From an uncultured Ruficoccus sp. (GTDB lineage Bacteria > Verrucomicrobiota > Verrucomicrobiia > Opitutales > Cerasicoccaceae): a stretch of 64,000 nt of DNA. Made by a program: the position numbers and the translations under genes. Below the pieces are notes generated by a model, which saw only the letters and a program-made list of their open reading frames with translations, did not search any database and was not told where the DNA came from. This document shows, piece after piece, positions 60,435 to 64,000 of this stretch (its first letter is position 1; each line of letters begins with the position of its first letter). Location of the stretch: positions 448,001-512,000 of the forward strand of contig OZ223481.1 in assembly GCA_965140785.1 (NCBI GenBank). The letters are read 5' to 3'.

Positions 60435-61145
60435 TTATTTAAAATCGTCGATCGTCGGCAGGTTGCTGGAGAACTGAATGTCGCCCCAGCTTTCCTCGCC
60501 GCCACCGCCGGCATTGGCGGGTTCGCCGGCCGCGGGGGTTTTGTCGATGATGTGCTGAGCGATGGCCTTTTCGATGGCGTTTTCGGCCCAGTAGCCATTG
60601 CGCAGTTCCCAGTCCGAGGGCTCGTAGCCGTATTTTTCCAGCACGGCCAGGATAATGGAGGATTCCGGGGTAGCGCTGGTGCCAGCGAGCAGGCCTTTTT
60701 CCTCGTGCCGCCGGATAGCCTCAGCGGCGATAAAGGGTGGCAGCACCCGCTCGTAGCTGGGATGGACAGTGTAGTTGCTGGCCCAGCGGGACCAGGCTTC
60801 ACGCGAGATGGAGCGTTCGGTGCCGGTAACGGCCTCGTAGTAGTAAACCCGCCGCTTGGACATGCGTTTGACCAGGGCCACCGTGGAGAGGCCGTCCTGG
60901 GAGATTTCCAGCCAGTCGAGCGGGCGGGGTTTTTCCACAGGACTGCGGGTGCCGGAGATGTCTTCCGGCGCTTCGAGGAACTTCACCCCGAGGGCGCGGG
61001 AGAAGCGGACAGTCTGCTCAGCATCACGGCTCAGCGTCAGTTGTTCCTGGGAGATCAACTCACTTTGGTACTTGGCTGCGTCCTCGGCGGACTCGGCCCA
61101 GATGTACGTCACGATTTCCGTACTGACTTTGTATTTACGCATCAT
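60435..61145 (-). CDS. Hypothetical protein
   Basis: 236-aa ORF with natural amino-acid composition. Confidence 0.7.
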   Translation of the reverse strand: MMRKYKVSTEIVTYIWAESAEDAAKYQSELISQEQLTLSRDAEQTVRFSRALGVKFLEAPEDISGTRSPVEKPRPLDWLEISQDGLSTVALVKRMSKRRVYYYEAVTGTERSISREAWSRWASNYTVHPSYERVLPPFIAAEAIRRHEEKGLLAGTSATPESSIILAVLEKYGYEPSDWELRNGYWAENAIEKAIAQHIIDKTPAAGEPANAGGGGEESWGDIQFSSNLPTIDDFK

Positions 61146-61551
61146 GGCGGGGGGGCAATCTAGGGGTTGTGGGCATCATCAATGCCCGGATGGGAGAGTT
61201 TGATATCAACCGTTAGGTTAGAGGTGGTCAAACAAAAAGTTTTAACACTCCCACCTTCTGTATGAATGAACTAATACTAACCTGACCATTTGCTAAAAGT
61301 CTTTGATGCTCTAGTCCTTCCAGTAGTTCTTTCTCTGTTATATACATAATTTTTACTAGTCGGACTAGGGAATGGGCCGCATGTTATTTTTAGCCTCAAT
61401 CTGTTATGCTGAGTCCCCTTAGACTCCTGTTAATCAATATGATTCCGGTTCTTCTTTCGAGGTGCGCTGTGCATTTTTTTATCTGGAAGAATAGGAAAAA
61501 CTCCTTAGTCTCTGATCTTTTGACTCGTTACTGTTTGAGAACCGCGTCCCC

Positions 61552-62442
61552 ATGCCACGTAAAATCTGCTTCGTAAACTACAAGGGCGGTGTCGGGAAAA
61601 CCTCGATGATCGTCAATATCGCCGCCTGCCTGTCTCAGAGCGGCAAAAAGGTCTTGCTTGTTGACTTGGATACGCAGTCCAACGCCAGTATCTGGCTGAT
61701 GCGTTTGGATCGCTGGAACAAGTTGAATATCAACGGCGAGGGGTCTGTTTTCTCGATTTTTGATCCCGGCGAGCAAACGTTGAAGGAGATCCTGGTCAGC
61801 GACGTGGTATCCAGCAAGACGGGTGAAAACCTCCTTCCCGGCTTCGACCTGCTGCCCACCACGTTCAACCTCGTGGACCTGGAAAACGAGTACCCGGCCG
61901 ATCCTTCCGAGCCGCCCTACCTGCGCTTCTACCGCCAGTTGAGGGAAATCGAGGCCAACTACGACTACATCCTGTTCGACTGCCCGCCGAATGTCCTGCG
62001 CGCCTCCCAGTGCGGCATCTTCTCCAGCAACGAAATTTACGTCCCGGCCAACCCCGACGCCCTCAGCCTGATCGGCTTCACCCTGCTGGTGGAGAAGCTC
62101 CTGCTCTTCCATCAGCGTTCGGCCAGCTTCCGCGAGCCGGGGATGGGGCGGCCCGCTCTGTGCCGCGGCGTCATTTTCAACTCGATCAAGGCCAATGTCG
62201 ACATCGAGGTTCCGAAGATGCGTATGCAGCTACGTATCAACCAATTCCGAAACCAGCGGAGGATTGATCCCGGCACCAAAATCTTTACCTCCCAGATTCG
62301 GGACGCCATGGTGGTACGCCGGGCGGTGACGCTCGGCCTGCCCGTCAACCTGGTCGGTCAGGTCGCCAAGGAGGAAGACTCCGTCGCCACCGATTACCAA
62401 CACGTGGCGACCGAACTTGATCAGCACGAGGTAATGGCTTAA
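61552..62442 (+). CDS. ParA/Soj-family ATPase
   Basis: KGGVGKT deviant Walker A, VDLDTQSN, FDCPPN. Confidence 0.92.
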   Translation: MPRKICFVNYKGGVGKTSMIVNIAACLSQSGKKVLLVDLDTQSNASIWLMRLDRWNKLNINGEGSVFSIFDPGEQTLKEILVSDVVSSKTGENLLPGFDLLPTTFNLVDLENEYPADPSEPPYLRFYRQLREIEANYDYILFDCPPNVLRASQCGIFSSNEIYVPANPDALSLIGFTLLVEKLLLFHQRSASFREPGMGRPALCRGVIFNSIKANVDIEVPKMRMQLRINQFRNQRRIDPGTKIFTSQIRDAMVVRRAVTLGLPVNLVGQVAKEEDSVATDYQHVATELDQHEVMA

Positions 62443-62456
62443 GGTAAGGCAACGCA

Positions 62457-63440
62457 ATGAACTCCGCTATGGCCGACACCAACACAACCGGACGCAAATA
62501 TGGAAAAAAAGACTGGGACGAGGTGCGTTCCGGGATGACGCCTGCGATGTCCGAAGTGCGGCTGAAGGCGCTGGCGGAGGAATCGGGCCTGAGTGAGTGG
62601 CCCCTGCGTGGCAAGGGCGAGGTGGCCTCCAAGTATATCGATTACACCTGGGAGGAGATTCACGAGCTTCACGGCCTGGCGGAAAATCCGGAGCGCATCG
62701 ACCTGCTGATCGATATCCTGCGCGAGACCATCGCCTTCGAGGACCCTTTCGGGGACATGGTGGCCACGGTGGACGCGGCGACCAAACGCGAGGACAAGAT
62801 CGGTCGCAACCTCGTTCGCTTCCAGATTGATAAGACTTTCCCCCTCCGCTTCAGCGGCCTGTCCCAGGATACGATCGAATTTTGCGAGGCCGAGGACGTC
62901 CGCACCCTCGGCCAGTTCGCCGAGTTTTCCCACCGCATGGCCCAGAGCATCATCGTTGGCGGCGATTTCAAGGGCCTGCTCAGCGCGCTCACCAGCGCCG
63001 ACGAGCACGGCATGGCGCGGTACCTGCCTTTCCGCCCCGGCCACAAGGGGCTCCACCTGCCCGAAGCCATCGGCCTGGTCCTCTTGCAGTTGGCCGAAAA
63101 CGAAAAGTACACCCTGCTCAAGCGTTACGGCGCCAAGCTCGGCTCGGTCGAAAGCGCCAAGGCCAACCTCAGCAAGGAGCAGATCGCCCAACTCGAGGAC
63201 GTGCTCATGGCCAAGGTGGTCGAGCAGTGTGACTACTTTGACAAGCAGGTGCCGGAGTTGGAGACTAGGGTACGCGCCGGTGTCAGCCTCGAACGGATTT
63301 TCATGGTCTTAAACGACCCGGAAAGAGAAACCATCGCCGTCCGCGTCATGGACCGCTACCTCAAGCGGCGCCGGGGCCAGGTGGATGAGGCCGGGCCGAG
63401 TAAAAAGAAGGGGTTCTTCGGACGGCTCTTCGGGCGGTAA
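62457..63440 (+). CDS. Hypothetical protein downstream of the ParA gene
   Basis: 327-aa ORF with GC3-rich codons, ending KKKGFFGRLFGR. Confidence 0.8.
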   Translation: MNSAMADTNTTGRKYGKKDWDEVRSGMTPAMSEVRLKALAEESGLSEWPLRGKGEVASKYIDYTWEEIHELHGLAENPERIDLLIDILRETIAFEDPFGDMVATVDAATKREDKIGRNLVRFQIDKTFPLRFSGLSQDTIEFCEAEDVRTLGQFAEFSHRMAQSIIVGGDFKGLLSALTSADEHGMARYLPFRPGHKGLHLPEAIGLVLLQLAENEKYTLLKRYGAKLGSVESAKANLSKEQIAQLEDVLMAKVVEQCDYFDKQVPELETRVRAGVSLERIFMVLNDPERETIAVRVMDRYLKRRRGQVDEAGPSKKKGFFGRLFGR

Positions 63441-63509
63441 ACGGTTTTTGTTTCCCGCTGCCCTCCGGGTTCCTCGCTCTTTCCTTTCACGAAACAGCTA
63501 CGAACTTTC

Positions 63510-64000
63510 ATGCTGGACCCCATGGGCAAGCCCTTCATCCCCAAGAAACGCGTGCTGAGCCTGCGGCCTCAGGATCGCCGCACGGCTGAGGTGTCCATCC
63601 AGTCGCGCGAGAAGATCGATGCCTTCGTCAAAAAGACACGCAATCCCTTCGGCACGCCGGTCACTTTTCAGGAATCGGAGGTGGACGAGGTCGTGCACAC
63701 GCTCCGCAAGGCGGAGAAGGACCTGCTGGAGCGGGAGCGCAAGCTTCAGGAGATGGAGACCCGCCTGGCCGACAAGGAGCGCGAGCTGTGGGAGGGCGAG
63801 GCCCTGCTCGAAGCCCGCCGCAAGGTGCTCGACACCCAGCGCCGCCAATTCACCCAGCAGCAGGCCCATGCCCAGGCTCAGCCGGGCGTTTCCGACGAGG
63901 AACGTGCGGCCCTGCTAGAGCTTCAGCGCCAGTTGGAAGGCCGGGAAAAGACCCTCGAAGAGGGTCGGGCTTTGCTCAAGGAGCGCGAGGAATTCGTCGA
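63510..64000 (+). CDS. Coiled-coil hypothetical protein (partial, runs off the window)
   Basis: Open frame MLDPMGKPFIPKKRVL...LLERERKLQEMETRLADKERE with no stop before the window end. Confidence 0.75.
   Translation, partial: MLDPMGKPFIPKKRVLSLRPQDRRTAEVSIQSREKIDAFVKKTRNPFGTPVTFQESEVDEVVHTLRKAEKDLLERERKLQEMETRLADKERELWEGEALLEARRKVLDTQRRQFTQQQAHAQAQPGVSDEERAALLELQRQLEGREKTLEEGRALLKEREEFV

Noticed and set aside
61552..63440. ParA plus downstream gene as a plasmid or island partition system
   Set aside because: No ParB motif or parS array seen, and the codon style looks like the backbone.

Overview
This window is bacterial DNA, most likely Verrucomicrobiota (Opitutia-like). That assignment is inferred from PEP-CTERM proteins, an exosortase, and PilX-like and H-X9-DG prepilin proteins. 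It has three parts. (1) About 1-33.5 kb is a glycan and sulfated-glycan utilisation region. It encodes GH78, GH42-like, GH4, sialidase-like and GH74-like BNR proteins, three sulfatases, galM, a DHDPS/NAL aldolase, two PEP-CTERM proteins, pilin-like proteins, and LacI and GntR regulators. It also has a recurring palindromic operator, IS/MITE relics, a Y1 (RAYT-type) transposase, and a broken integrase that runs into a copy of the tRNA-Glu 3' end. (2) About 33.5-45.6 kb is a roughly 12 kb element integrated at tRNA-Glu, bounded by 19-bp direct repeats. It carries a tyrosine integrase, small and large terminases but no capsid, portal or tail genes, a compact PolA-like protein, an XRE regulator, and a resolvase with its res site. 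It also carries a translationally coupled operon of DNA methyltransferase, PtuA-like ATPase and HNH nuclease, which is a candidate undescribed RM/Septu hybrid defence system. Inside the element, a 21-bp palindromic direct repeat brackets the terS to polA-like module exactly. (3) About 45.6-64 kb is GC-rich housekeeping backbone: tRNA-Glu, purC, ald, exosortase with an HpsJ-like gene, ybaK, EF-G-like, eno, proB, frr, pyrH, tRNA-Gln, pyrG and ParA. All calls were made by eye from sequence motifs; no database searches were run.
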